From NCBI GenBank assembly GCA_029256085.1, contig JAQSYP010000001.1:580497-644496 (forward strand): a stretch of DNA of 64,000 nucleotides, written 5' to 3'. A program made the position numbers and the translations under genes. Source of the DNA: Bacillales bacterium (lineage in GTDB: Bacteria > Bacillota > Bacilli > CAJFEE01). Numbering within the stretch: position 1 is the stretch's first letter; every line of letters starts with the position of its first letter. Below the pieces are notes generated by a model that saw nothing but the letters and a program-made list of their open reading frames with translations, was not told the DNA's origin and made no database searches. Positions 1-7,841 of the stretch are shown piece by piece.

Positions 1-69
1 AGCAATTCAAATCAACAGGATGATTTAGATGTACCTGCGTTCTTAAGAAATAGAAATCGCAGAAGATAA
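1..69 (+). CDS. ftsZ: Cell-division protein FtsZ, 3' end (partial; 5' part lies outside the window)
   Basis: Frame 1 translates to ...SNSNQQDDLDVPAFLRNRNRRR*, the conserved FtsZ C-terminal peptide (xFLRNRNRR). Stop TAA at 67-69. Confidence 0.8.
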   Translation, partial: SNSNQQDDLDVPAFLRNRNRRR

Positions 70-86
70 CTATATATTGAACATAA

Positions 87-129
87 GCCTGTCCACAATA
101 ACCGTTTCGGTTTTGGGGACAGGCTTTTT
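87..129 (+). terminator. Rho-independent terminator after ftsZ
   Basis: GCCTGTCC(87-94)...GGACAGGC(117-124) stem followed by TTTTT. Confidence 0.75.
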
Positions 130-130
130 G

Positions 131-290
131 TAGATTAAAAATCATTGTCATGGATCAAAAAAGTTTATTTTTGGATTAAAAAATCATTGTCATGGATCAA
201 AAAAGTTTATTTTTGGATTAAAAAATCACTATCTTGGATTAAAAAATTTATTTTTGGATTAAAAAATAATTAGTTTGGATTATAACTGTT
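131..290. repeat. Phased 21-bp direct-repeat array (GGATYAAAAAA + 10 bp), about 7.5 copies, organised as 2 x 42-bp higher-order units plus degenerate copies
   Basis: Read directly. Units start at 152, 173, 194, 215, 236, 256 and 277. They alternate GGATTAAAAAATCATTGTCAT and GGATCAAAAAAGTTTATTTTT. Confidence 0.9.
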
Positions 291-452
291 TTTTGCTACA
301 TGTTTTCAATTAGTAAAGCCAGTGTTATTTATTTTTCACTGCGCAAAAATTTGTTGAATTTTGCTAGTAAACGAGATTATGCAAATAATAATGTGATTTT
401 TGACCAAACATGTTGAAAATGGTCATGAAACAAATTTTAAATTATGCAAATT

Positions 453-486
453 ATGACAGACTCTGATAAATAGAATTTACTATACT
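453..486 (+). promoter_or_regulatory. spoIIG-type promoter: -35 ATGACA(G), 22-bp spacer, -10 TATACT
   Basis: ATGACA 453-458, TATACT 481-486, 54 nt upstream of spoIIGA ATG. B. subtilis PspoIIG (Spo0A~P-activated, sigma-A) has the same unusual 22-bp spacing. Confidence 0.5.
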
Positions 487-539
487 TAGTTTATGCTTAT
501 TTATTATGACAATTATCTATTTCTGAAAGAATTGATGTT

Positions 540-1451
540 ATGGTAATCTATCTGGATTTAATTTTTCTAATGAACTTTTTATTCGATTCTATTTTACTTA
601 TGATAACTTCTTATCTAATAGGTAAAAAATTACCATTTTATAAGATTATTATTGGAGGTTTAATAGCAGCAACTTATGTAATTATAATTGTCTATCAATC
701 AAATGATTTCCTAACTAGTACATATTTTAAATTAATCTATTCTATTTTCATTATATTAGCTACGTTTGGGTATCAAACGGTAAACAAGTTGCTAACAAGT
801 CTAGTCTATTTTTATTTATCCACGTTCACTCTTGGGGGAATACTTCTAGGAATTAACTATTTTATAACAACATCAATTATTTACGAAATCGGTTACATTA
901 ATATAATCTATAAGTCAGAAAATATATCTCTAATCTTCATTTTATTTTGTTTCCCAATTGCTTCATACCTATATCTGAAATACTTTACAATGTCAAAAGA
1001 GATTAGATCACTATCTAACATAATCTATGATGTAGAGATATCTTTTAAGAATTCAATTATAAAATGTAGAGGTCTACTTGATACTGGAAATAACTTATCA
1101 GACCCTTTACTAATGTTGCCAGTCATAGTAGTTGATCAAATCTCAATACAAGAACAATTGGACGATAGGTTAATAGAAATACTTAAACAATGGGAAAAAA
1201 ATATGCAATTACCAGATACTGAAAATTGCTTTGTGAATGGGATTAAACTAATACCTTTTTCGGCAATTGGTAGCAATAATAAGATATTAATTGGATACGT
1301 AGTTAATTACATAAAAATTGAAAACAATTTAGAAAAGTATTCATGTGAAAAAGCAATTGTAGCATTTAGTACAACAAGGATTTCAGCAGAAAAGAACTTC
1401 CAATGTATCCTACATCCAAAATGCTTAAGTGATGTAACTAAAATAGCTTAG
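540..1451 (+). CDS. spoIIGA: Sporulation sigma-E processing protease SpoIIGA
   Basis: 303 aa, N-terminal multipass membrane segment (MVIYLDLIFLMNFLF...), and position immediately 5' of sigE. Confidence 0.85.
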   Translation: MVIYLDLIFLMNFLFDSILLMITSYLIGKKLPFYKIIIGGLIAATYVIIIVYQSNDFLTSTYFKLIYSIFIILATFGYQTVNKLLTSLVYFYLSTFTLGGILLGINYFITTSIIYEIGYINIIYKSENISLIFILFCFPIASYLYLKYFTMSKEIRSLSNIIYDVEISFKNSIIKCRGLLDTGNNLSDPLLMLPVIVVDQISIQEQLDDRLIEILKQWEKNMQLPDTENCFVNGIKLIPFSAIGSNNKILIGYVVNYIKIENNLEKYSCEKAIVAFSTTRISAEKNFQCILHPKCLSDVTKIA

Positions 1452-1464
1452 GAGGAATTGCTAA

Positions 1465-2181
1465 ATGAAATTCTTGTTCAAATTAAAACTTACGTGGTAT
1501 AGATTACTTATTAAACTTGGCCTGAAAAGTAAGGAAGTTTATTATATTGGAGGAAGTGAAGCTTTACCACCACCTCTTTCAAAGGATGAAGAGGAAATTT
1601 TATTAAATAGGTTGCCAAATGGCGATGAAGCTGCTAGGGCAATTCTAATAGAAAGAAATTTGCGTTTAGTAGTTTATATAGCTAGAAAATTTGAAAATAC
1701 GGGGATAAATATTGAAGATTTAATTTCAATCGGCACAATCGGTTTAATAAAAGCAGTGAATACGTTTAATCCAGAGAAAAAAATTAAACTTGCAACATAT
1801 GCATCTAGGTGTATTGAAAATGAGATTTTAATGTTCTTAAGAAGAAATAACAAAATCAGATCTGAAGTATCATTTGATGAACCTCTTAATATTGATTGGG
1901 ATGGAAATGAATTATTGCTATCTGACGTTTTAGGGACGGATGAGGACATTATTACGAAGGATTTAGAAGCATCAATTGATAGAAACCTTTTAATGAGAGC
2001 ATTATTTCAGTTAAATGATAGAGAAAAACAAATTATGGAATTGAGATTTGGATTAGATGGTTCTGATGAAAAAACACAGAAGGATGTAGCTGATTTACTA
2101 GGCATTTCTCAGTCATATATTTCTAGATTAGAAAAGAGAATTATTAAAAGACTAAAACGTGAATTTAACAAAATGGTTTGA
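1465..2181 (+). CDS. sigE: Pro-sigma-E (RNA polymerase sporulation sigma factor E)
   Basis: Near-identical to B. subtilis SigE over most of its length, including the pro-sequence [14 protein letters not shown] and regions 2 and 4. Confidence 0.95.
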   Translation: MKFLFKLKLTWYRLLIKLGLKSKEVYYIGGSEALPPPLSKDEEEILLNRLPNGDEAARAILIERNLRLVVYIARKFENTGINIEDLISIGTIGLIKAVNTFNPEKKIKLATYASRCIENEILMFLRRNNKIRSEVSFDEPLNIDWDGNELLLSDVLGTDEDIITKDLEASIDRNLLMRALFQLNDREKQIMELRFGLDGSDEKTQKDVADLLGISQSYISRLEKRIIKRLKREFNKMV

Positions 2182-2232
2182 TTTGTATTAAATATTGAAA
2201 ATAATCTTAATAATCGAACTCATTTTTTAACT

Positions 2233-2262
2233 GCATAAATTTCCCTTCTATGGAGATACTTT
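2233..2262 (+). promoter_or_regulatory. Candidate forespore (sigma-F/G) promoter for sigG
   Basis: GCATA at 2233-2237 and a GATACTT-like -10 about 17-18 bp downstream. Weak match to GHATR/CATNNTA. Confidence 0.25.
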
Positions 2263-2297
2263 ACTCTGACAGCAACTCCTAAGTAGGAGGGAATAAC

Positions 2298-3077
2298 TTG
2301 ACAAGAAATAAGGTTGAAATCTGTGGTGTAGATACTTCAAAACTTCCTGTAATAAAGAATGATGTAATGAAACAACTTTTCATTCAATTACAGAGTGGAG
2401 ATACTTCTGCAAGAGAAGAACTTGTATACGGCAATCTCCGCTTAGTGTTAAGTGTAATTCAAAGATTCAACAATCGAGGCGAGTATGTAGATGATTTATT
2501 TCAAGTCGGTTGTATTGGTTTAATGAAATCAATCGATAACTTTGACTTATCTCATAATGTCAAGTTCTCGACTTACGCAGTACCAATGATTATTGGAGAA
2601 ATTAGAAGATATTTACGTGATAATAATCCAATAAGAGTTTCTAGATCATTACGAGACATTGCTTATAAGGCTTTGCAAGTTCGTGAAAGATTATTAAGCA
2701 CAACTCTTCGTGAACCTACACCAGAAGAAATTGCTAAAGAGCTAGAAGTAAATCAAGAGGATATTGTATTTGCACTTGATGCTATTCAAGATCCGGTTTC
2801 ATTGTTTGAGCCTATTTATAATGACGGTGGTGATCCGATTTTTGTAATGGATCAATTAAGTGATGAGAAAAATAAGGATCAACAATGGATTGATGAGCTT
2901 GCTTTACGTGAAGGTCTTAGAAGATTAAATGAACGTGAAAAAATGATTATTAGAAAACGGTTTTTCCAAGGTAAAACACAAATGGAAGTTGCTGACGAAA
3001 TAGGAATATCTCAAGCCCAAGTATCACGTCTTGAAAAAGCTGCGATTAAACAAATGAATAAAAATATTCAGGGTTAA
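2298..3077 (+). CDS. sigG: Sporulation sigma factor G
   Basis: TTG start with GGAGGG RBS. N-terminus MTRNKVEICGVDTSKLPV matches SigG. Confidence 0.95.
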   Translation: MTRNKVEICGVDTSKLPVIKNDVMKQLFIQLQSGDTSAREELVYGNLRLVLSVIQRFNNRGEYVDDLFQVGCIGLMKSIDNFDLSHNVKFSTYAVPMIIGEIRRYLRDNNPIRVSRSLRDIAYKALQVRERLLSTTLREPTPEEIAKELEVNQEDIVFALDAIQDPVSLFEPIYNDGGDPIFVMDQLSDEKNKDQQWIDELALREGLRRLNEREKMIIRKRFFQGKTQMEVADEIGISQAQVSRLEKAAIKQMNKNIQG

Positions 3078-3110
3078 GCATAAGGGAATTATCCTTATGC
3101 TTTTTTATTT
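3078..3110 (+). terminator. Rho-independent terminator after sigG
   Basis: GCATAAGG/CCTTATGC stem plus TTTTTTATTTT. Confidence 0.7.
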
Positions 3111-3155
3111 TGTTCTTGCATATAAATTATTAACAAAGACTTTGGGGGTAATTAA

Positions 3156-3434
3156 ATGATCAGGATTTCTGATTTTCAAACAAAAGATGTAGTGAATGTT
3201 TCTGATGGAAAGAAACTTGGCAATATATCAGATCTAGACATTAATTTAGAAACAGGTAAAATTAGATCCATTATAATTTATAGATCCCAGCGTGTCCTTG
3301 GTCTCTTTGGAAAAGATGAAGACTTGATAATATCCTGGGACAATATTGTCAAAATAGGTACGGATGTTATCCTAGTTAAATATTCCCCAATTTACGAGGC
3401 AAATGATTTTAAAGAAAAAAGTTTTAAAGATTAA
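3156..3434 (+). CDS. ylmC: YlmC/YmxH-family PRC-barrel sporulation protein
   Basis: 92 aa, sequence MIRISDFQTKDVVNVSDGKKLG typical of YlmC; syntenic position. Confidence 0.8.
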   Translation: MIRISDFQTKDVVNVSDGKKLGNISDLDINLETGKIRSIIIYRSQRVLGLFGKDEDLIISWDNIVKIGTDVILVKYSPIYEANDFKEKSFKD

Positions 3435-3522
3435 AACATTGTGTTAACTTTAAAAAAGTTATAAAATTTAGAGTAAATTTATGGTAAAATGTAAAATAAA
3501 GTCGAAGTAAAGGATGTAGTTT

Positions 3523-4341
3523 ATGGAGATTTTTTCTACTGTAAAGAATTACTTAACCTTAAACCAATTCCCATTTAATAATTCAAACTTAGTTATTGGT
3601 TTTTCGACACGAAATGGTGGCAATTCAAGTAGTCATTTCAGCACAAATAATTTAGGACTACACGTTAATGATAGTTATGAGAAAGTTATACATAACCGGA
3701 ATGAATTTGCTAAAAATATTAACTTTCCATTGTCAAAATGGGTTTGTGTAGATCAAGTTCATGGTAATAATATAGTTAAAATTAATAAATCTCATAAGGG
3801 AATGGGAAGTACACACTATAGTGAAAATGTAGGCAAATACGACGCTATGTATACTTGTGAAAGTGACATATTATTAGTAACTTTCTATGCAGATTGTGTT
3901 CCGATTTATTTTTATGTCCCAAATCGAAATTGTATAGCATTAGCACACGCTGGTTGGAAAGGCACTGCCCTTGGTGTAGGGTTAAACCTACTTACTAAAC
4001 TAATGAAAGACGAAAATATTTCACCAGAGGATATCCATGTAGTAATTGGTCCATCAATTGGTAGCTGTTGTTACGAGGTAAATAAAGAAGTAATAGATTC
4101 TATTAATGAATTGATTGTTAGACCGACAGATAATTTTTATATGACGATTGATAAAAATAAATACAAGTTAGATTTAAAACTAGCAAATAAACTTTTACTA
4201 ATGCAATTAGGTGTAAAAGAAGAAAATATTTATGTTACGAATTACTGCACTAGTTGTTCAAGTGATTTATTTTTCTCTTATAGAAGAGACAAAAATAAAA
4301 CTGGTAGAATGATGAGTTTTATAGGATTTAAGGAGGAGTAA
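3523..4341 (+). CDS. ylmD: YlmD/YfiH-family (DUF152, purine-nucleoside phosphorylase/laccase-domain) protein
   Basis: 272 aa with conserved HxGW(R/K)G and C..C..H motifs; synteny. Confidence 0.8.
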   Translation: MEIFSTVKNYLTLNQFPFNNSNLVIGFSTRNGGNSSSHFSTNNLGLHVNDSYEKVIHNRNEFAKNINFPLSKWVCVDQVHGNNIVKINKSHKGMGSTHYSENVGKYDAMYTCESDILLVTFYADCVPIYFYVPNRNCIALAHAGWKGTALGVGLNLLTKLMKDENISPEDIHVVIGPSIGSCCYEVNKEVIDSINELIVRPTDNFYMTIDKNKYKLDLKLANKLLLMQLGVKEENIYVTNYCTSCSSDLFFSYRRDKNKTGRMMSFIGFKEE

Positions 4342-4347
4342 ATTAAT

Positions 4348-5025
4348 TTGACTGTTCAAGAAAATTACGAGAAAATAATGTTAGAAATAGAAGAAACTTG
4401 TAAGATAGTCGGAAGAGATCCTAAATCAATAAAACTTATAGCTGTTACGAAATATGTATCTACTAGTAGAGCAATAGAAGCAATAAGAGTCGGTATTAAA
4501 CACATCGGAGAAAATCGGAGTGAGGGATTAAAATCAAAAAGGGATGCAATAAAAGCAGATGTTAGTTGGCATTTTATTGGTTCACTACAAACAAGAAAAG
4601 TAAAAGAAATATTAGATCAAGTTGATTACATACATTCACTCGATAGATTATCATTAGCAGAAGAAATTCAAAAAAGAGCATCAAGTTGTATTAAGTGTTT
4701 TGTCCAAGTTAATACTTCAGGAGAGAAAACAAAGCAAGGTCTAGCAATTGAAGAGGTTGACGGATTTTTAAATTCAATCAAAGATTTCGACAACCTTCAG
4801 GTTATTGGATTAATGACCATGGCCCCATACACAAATGATGAAGATATAATTAGAAACAGTTTTAAAGAGTTAAGACTTTTAAGAGATTTAATTACTAATA
4901 AAAATTATAAAAATGCTCCGTGTACTTTTCTTTCAATGGGAATGTCAAACGATTATAAGATTGCTATTGAAGAAGGTGCAACTCATATTAGGATAGGTAG
5001 TTTATTAGTTGGAGAGGAAATATAA
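4348..5025 (+). CDS. ylmE: YggS-family pyridoxal-phosphate homeostasis protein
   Basis: 225 aa, alanine-racemase N-domain-like; synteny. Confidence 0.8.
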   Translation: MTVQENYEKIMLEIEETCKIVGRDPKSIKLIAVTKYVSTSRAIEAIRVGIKHIGENRSEGLKSKRDAIKADVSWHFIGSLQTRKVKEILDQVDYIHSLDRLSLAEEIQKRASSCIKCFVQVNTSGEKTKQGLAIEEVDGFLNSIKDFDNLQVIGLMTMAPYTNDEDIIRNSFKELRLLRDLITNKNYKNAPCTFLSMGMSNDYKIAIEEGATHIRIGSLLVGEEI

Positions 5026-5038
5026 GGGAGGCAGTTAT

Positions 5039-5470
5039 ATGTTTAGCAAATTAAAAAACTTTTTAGCGTTAAGTGATGATGAAATAGAAGAGTATGATGA
5101 TTACGAACAAGAGAAAGAATATCAAGAAAAGCCATTTGTAAATAAGTCTCCTAAAGCTAATGTTGTGAGTTTAAGCTCTGTTCAACAGCAAGCTAAAGTA
5201 ATTCTTTTAGAACCACGTTCATATTCTGAGGCGCAAGATATTGCAGATCATTTAAAGAATAGAAGATCAGTTGTTATTAATCTACAAAGAATGAACAGTG
5301 ATCAGGCAAAAAGAATGGTAGATTTTTTAAGTGGAACAGTGTATGCAGTTGGAGGAGATATCCAAAAACTTGGTGTTCAAACTTTTATTTGTACACCTGA
5401 TAATGTAGATTTATCTGGAACAATAACTGAGTCAATTGCGTCTGAAGATCGCAATGATATAAGGTGGTAA
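5039..5470 (+). CDS. sepF: Cell-division protein SepF
   Basis: Internal ATG at 5039 follows a GGGAGG RBS; the track ORF starts upstream at 5009. Product begins [15 protein letters not shown]..., SepF-like; synteny (ylmF). Confidence 0.8.
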   Translation: MFSKLKNFLALSDDEIEEYDDYEQEKEYQEKPFVNKSPKANVVSLSSVQQQAKVILLEPRSYSEAQDIADHLKNRRSVVINLQRMNSDQAKRMVDFLSGTVYAVGGDIQKLGVQTFICTPDNVDLSGTITESIASEDRNDIRW

Positions 5471-5474
5471 TTTA

Positions 5475-5738
5475 ATGAGTTTTTTATTTGACATTTTAAG
5501 TAACGTGCTAAGTATTTATATGTATGCGTTAATAATATACATTTTAATGTCTTGGTTTCCACAAGCACGTGACACTGCATTTGGGAGAATTCTTGCTAAT
5601 ATTTGTGAGCCGTATTTAGAACCATTTAGGAAATTTATTCCTCCTTTAGGTATGTTCGATATCTCACCAATTGTTGCAATTTATGCATTACAGCTTGCTC
5701 AACATGGGTTAAGACAAGTTTTTATAATGTTGACCTAA
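5475..5738 (+). CDS. ylmG: YggT-family membrane protein YlmG
   Basis: 87 aa hydrophobic; synteny. Confidence 0.75.
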   Translation: MSFLFDILSNVLSIYMYALIIYILMSWFPQARDTAFGRILANICEPYLEPFRKFIPPLGMFDISPIVAIYALQLAQHGLRQVFIMLT

Positions 5739-5774
5739 GGTTCAATTTTAAAATTTTTATTAATATAAGAGCTA

Positions 5775-5824
5775 CGAGCTAATAATGACTGGGGAACGCT
5801 AGCCAATTTTAGCTCGTTTTTTTT
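5775..5824 (+). terminator. Terminator after ylmG
   Basis: CGAGCTAA(5775-5782)/TTAGCTCG(5809-5816) plus T8. Confidence 0.6.
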
Positions 5825-5961
5825 AGTTTAAAAGAAATTATAGGCTCCTGCGTGTTTATACGCTATAAGTTCCTTCAAATAGGACTTGGCAAAGCCAGCC
5901 AAGTTTATTTATATACACTTTTTTAGGAAACCAACTTCTTTTTTTAAAGGGATGATTTTTT

Positions 5962-6735
5962 TTGGACATTTATAGTCATTTTAGAAAAGATGAAAAAGAT
6001 TTTATTGATTATATATTAGATTTGAAAGATATTGTGGAAAATCAATTCATTATTAAAAGGACAAGCTTTCTAACGCCTAGGGAGCAAAATATTATGATGT
6101 CTATCATTGGATTAAAAGGCCAATTAGGTGTCAAATTTAACGGAGGACTTGAAAATACTGAAAGAAAAAGGGGAATTATTTATCCAGAGTATTTACCAGT
6201 AGATGAAAGTGACTTTATGTTAACTTTTTTTGAGGTAAAATATCCCACTAAATTTCATGCTATTGATCATAGGGACGTTCTAGGATCACTAATGGCACTA
6301 GGATTAAAAAGAGAAAAATTTGGAGATATTTTAATTAAAGATAATCGAATTCAATTAGTGGTAGCATCCGAAATTGCGAGTTATATTAAACTACAGATTA
6401 AACAAATTGGTAAAAGTCCAGTTGATATTTATGAGATTGATAAAAAAGATTTAATTGAGACTGGTAATGAATGGATTGAAAAAAAAGGTACTATTTCTTC
6501 AAATAGATTAGATGTGGTACTATCTGAGGTATATAATTTATCTAGACAAAAATCACAAGATTTTATTAGAAGTAAAAACGTTCAGGTAAATTATAAAATA
6601 ATAGAAAAGCAGGACTATTTAGTAGAAAATGATGATTTAATATCGCTTAGAAAACATGGAAGAGTAAAAATTTTGTCAATTTGTGAAAAAACAGCAAAAG
6701 ACAGGCTAAGAGTTGTTTACTCAACCCTTAGATAG
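5962..6735 (+). CDS. ylmH: S4-domain RNA-binding protein YlmH
   Basis: 257 aa, TTG start; synteny between ylmG and divIVA. Confidence 0.75.
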   Translation: MDIYSHFRKDEKDFIDYILDLKDIVENQFIIKRTSFLTPREQNIMMSIIGLKGQLGVKFNGGLENTERKRGIIYPEYLPVDESDFMLTFFEVKYPTKFHAIDHRDVLGSLMALGLKREKFGDILIKDNRIQLVVASEIASYIKLQIKQIGKSPVDIYEIDKKDLIETGNEWIEKKGTISSNRLDVVLSEVYNLSRQKSQDFIRSKNVQVNYKIIEKQDYLVENDDLISLRKHGRVKILSICEKTAKDRLRVVYSTLR

Positions 6736-6801
6736 ATAGTATAATAAGAAAAGTACATAAATACTTACATTTTCATACAAATTTTGCGGGGGTGTCTTTA
6801 T

Positions 6802-7323
6802 ATGTCGTTAACACCGTTGGATATTCATAACAAGGAATTTACTAGGGGCTTTAGAGGTTACGTAGAGGACGAAGTTAATGAGTTCCTTGATCAAGTTATA
6901 AAAGACTATGAATTAGTAATTAGAGAAAAGAAAGAACTTGAAGAGAAAGTAAGAGATCTAAATTCTAAATTGGATCATTTTAGTAGTATTGAGAATACAT
7001 TAAATAAATCAATTGTAATTGCTCAAGAAGCAGCTGAAGATGTAAAAAGAAATGCAACACAAGAATCTAAATTGATTTTAAAAGAAGCTGAAAAAAATGC
7101 TGATCGTATAATTAACGAAGCATTATCAAAATCTCGCAAAGTTATTTTAGAAATCGAAGAATTAAAGAAGCAATCAAAAGTTTTCAAAACAAGATTTAAA
7201 ATGCTAATAGAAGCACAGTTAGATTTAATTAATAGTGGTGATTGGGAAAAGCTTATGGAATTTGAGCCTGAGAAACCTGACACAACATTTTCAACTAAAG
7301 AAGATATGCAATTAATTGACTAA
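6802..7323 (+). CDS. divIVA: Septum-site-determining protein DivIVA
   Basis: ATG at 6802 with GGGGGTG RBS (track ORF starts at TTG 6784). MSLTPLDIHNKEFTRGFRGY matches the DivIVA N-terminus. Confidence 0.9.
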   Translation: MSLTPLDIHNKEFTRGFRGYVEDEVNEFLDQVIKDYELVIREKKELEEKVRDLNSKLDHFSSIENTLNKSIVIAQEAAEDVKRNATQESKLILKEAEKNADRIINEALSKSRKVILEIEELKKQSKVFKTRFKMLIEAQLDLINSGDWEKLMEFEPEKPDTTFSTKEDMQLID

Positions 7324-7395
7324 TTTGCTGTTCTTAAGTAAAATAGCATACTAGATAATTAAAACATTGACGGGAAAAGTAATTTTAACATTTAG

Positions 7396-7586
7396 TAAAG
7401 CGAGTCAAGGATGGTGTAAGCTTGGCCAATAGTGTTAATATGAAAATCATCCTTGAGTGCTTATTCGAACATAGTAGAATAAGCCGTTAGTTCACGTTAC
7501 GAGCATTAAGTGGATTTCATAATGAAATCAATTTGAGTGGCACCACGGGATAACTCTCGTCTCATTTGAGATGGGAGTTTTTATTT
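7396..7586 (+). promoter_or_regulatory. T-box riboswitch leader (Ile specifier) for ileS, with terminator
   Basis: T-box sequence AGTGGCACCACGGG at 7536-7549. Terminator CTCTCGTCTC/GAGATGGGAG plus U-run at 7552-7586. AUC plus purine in the putative specifier loop at 7446-7449. Confidence 0.7.
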
Positions 7587-7776
7587 TGGCTAATAGGAAA
7601 GTATAAACTTCTGAGTAGTTCATACTTTCCTAACGCATAGGTGCAACTACGTCTCTGCCGTCGCTTTAAAGGCTCGGCAATCGACGAGTTTTTATGTGAA
7701 AATAAAAAATTGTTGTGCTAAAAGTAGAGGACACTTAAAAAATCGTCAAACATATTATTGATGTTCAAGAATCTGC

Positions 7777-7796
7777 GGGAAAAGTATACTTTTCCC
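7777..7796. repeat. 20-bp perfect palindrome GGGAAAAGTATACTTTTCCC (copy 1 of a GTATAC-core palindrome family)
   Basis: Read directly, 46 nt upstream of ileS ATG. Left flank AATCTGCG is shared with the other copies. Confidence 0.9.
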
Positions 7797-7841
7797 CTAG
7801 GGGATAGCTGACCAATTGAGATTTATTTAGGAGGATTTAAA

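Noticed and set aside
131-290. Could the direct-repeat array be a CRISPR array?
   Set aside because: The period is 21 bp with no unique spacers, the units are A-tract-rich and degenerate, and no cas genes are present. This is a phased promoter-upstream repeat, not CRISPR.
131-290. DnaA-box cluster? TGGATTAAA resembles TGTGGATAA.
   Set aside because: Only 7 of 9 positions match, the T at position 2 and the A at position 8 are consistently wrong, and no orientation-mixed boxes typical of DnaA-box clusters are present. Kept only as a low-probability alternative.
1674-1949. Antisense ORFs inside sigE, pyrP, pyrAB, yloB, smc and other genes (for example 1674-1949, 12918-13127, 13203-13502, 13773-14126, 26131-26532, 54432-54692, 58561-58932)
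   Set aside because: They lie opposite strongly conserved housekeeping genes, have low-complexity translations and lack RBSs.
7673-7693. Second T-box in the ileS leader
   Set aside because: No second AGGGTGGNACCGCG-like T-box sequence or specifier-loop architecture is visible by eye. It is only a small hairpin plus U-run. This is left as an open question inside the long-leader finding.
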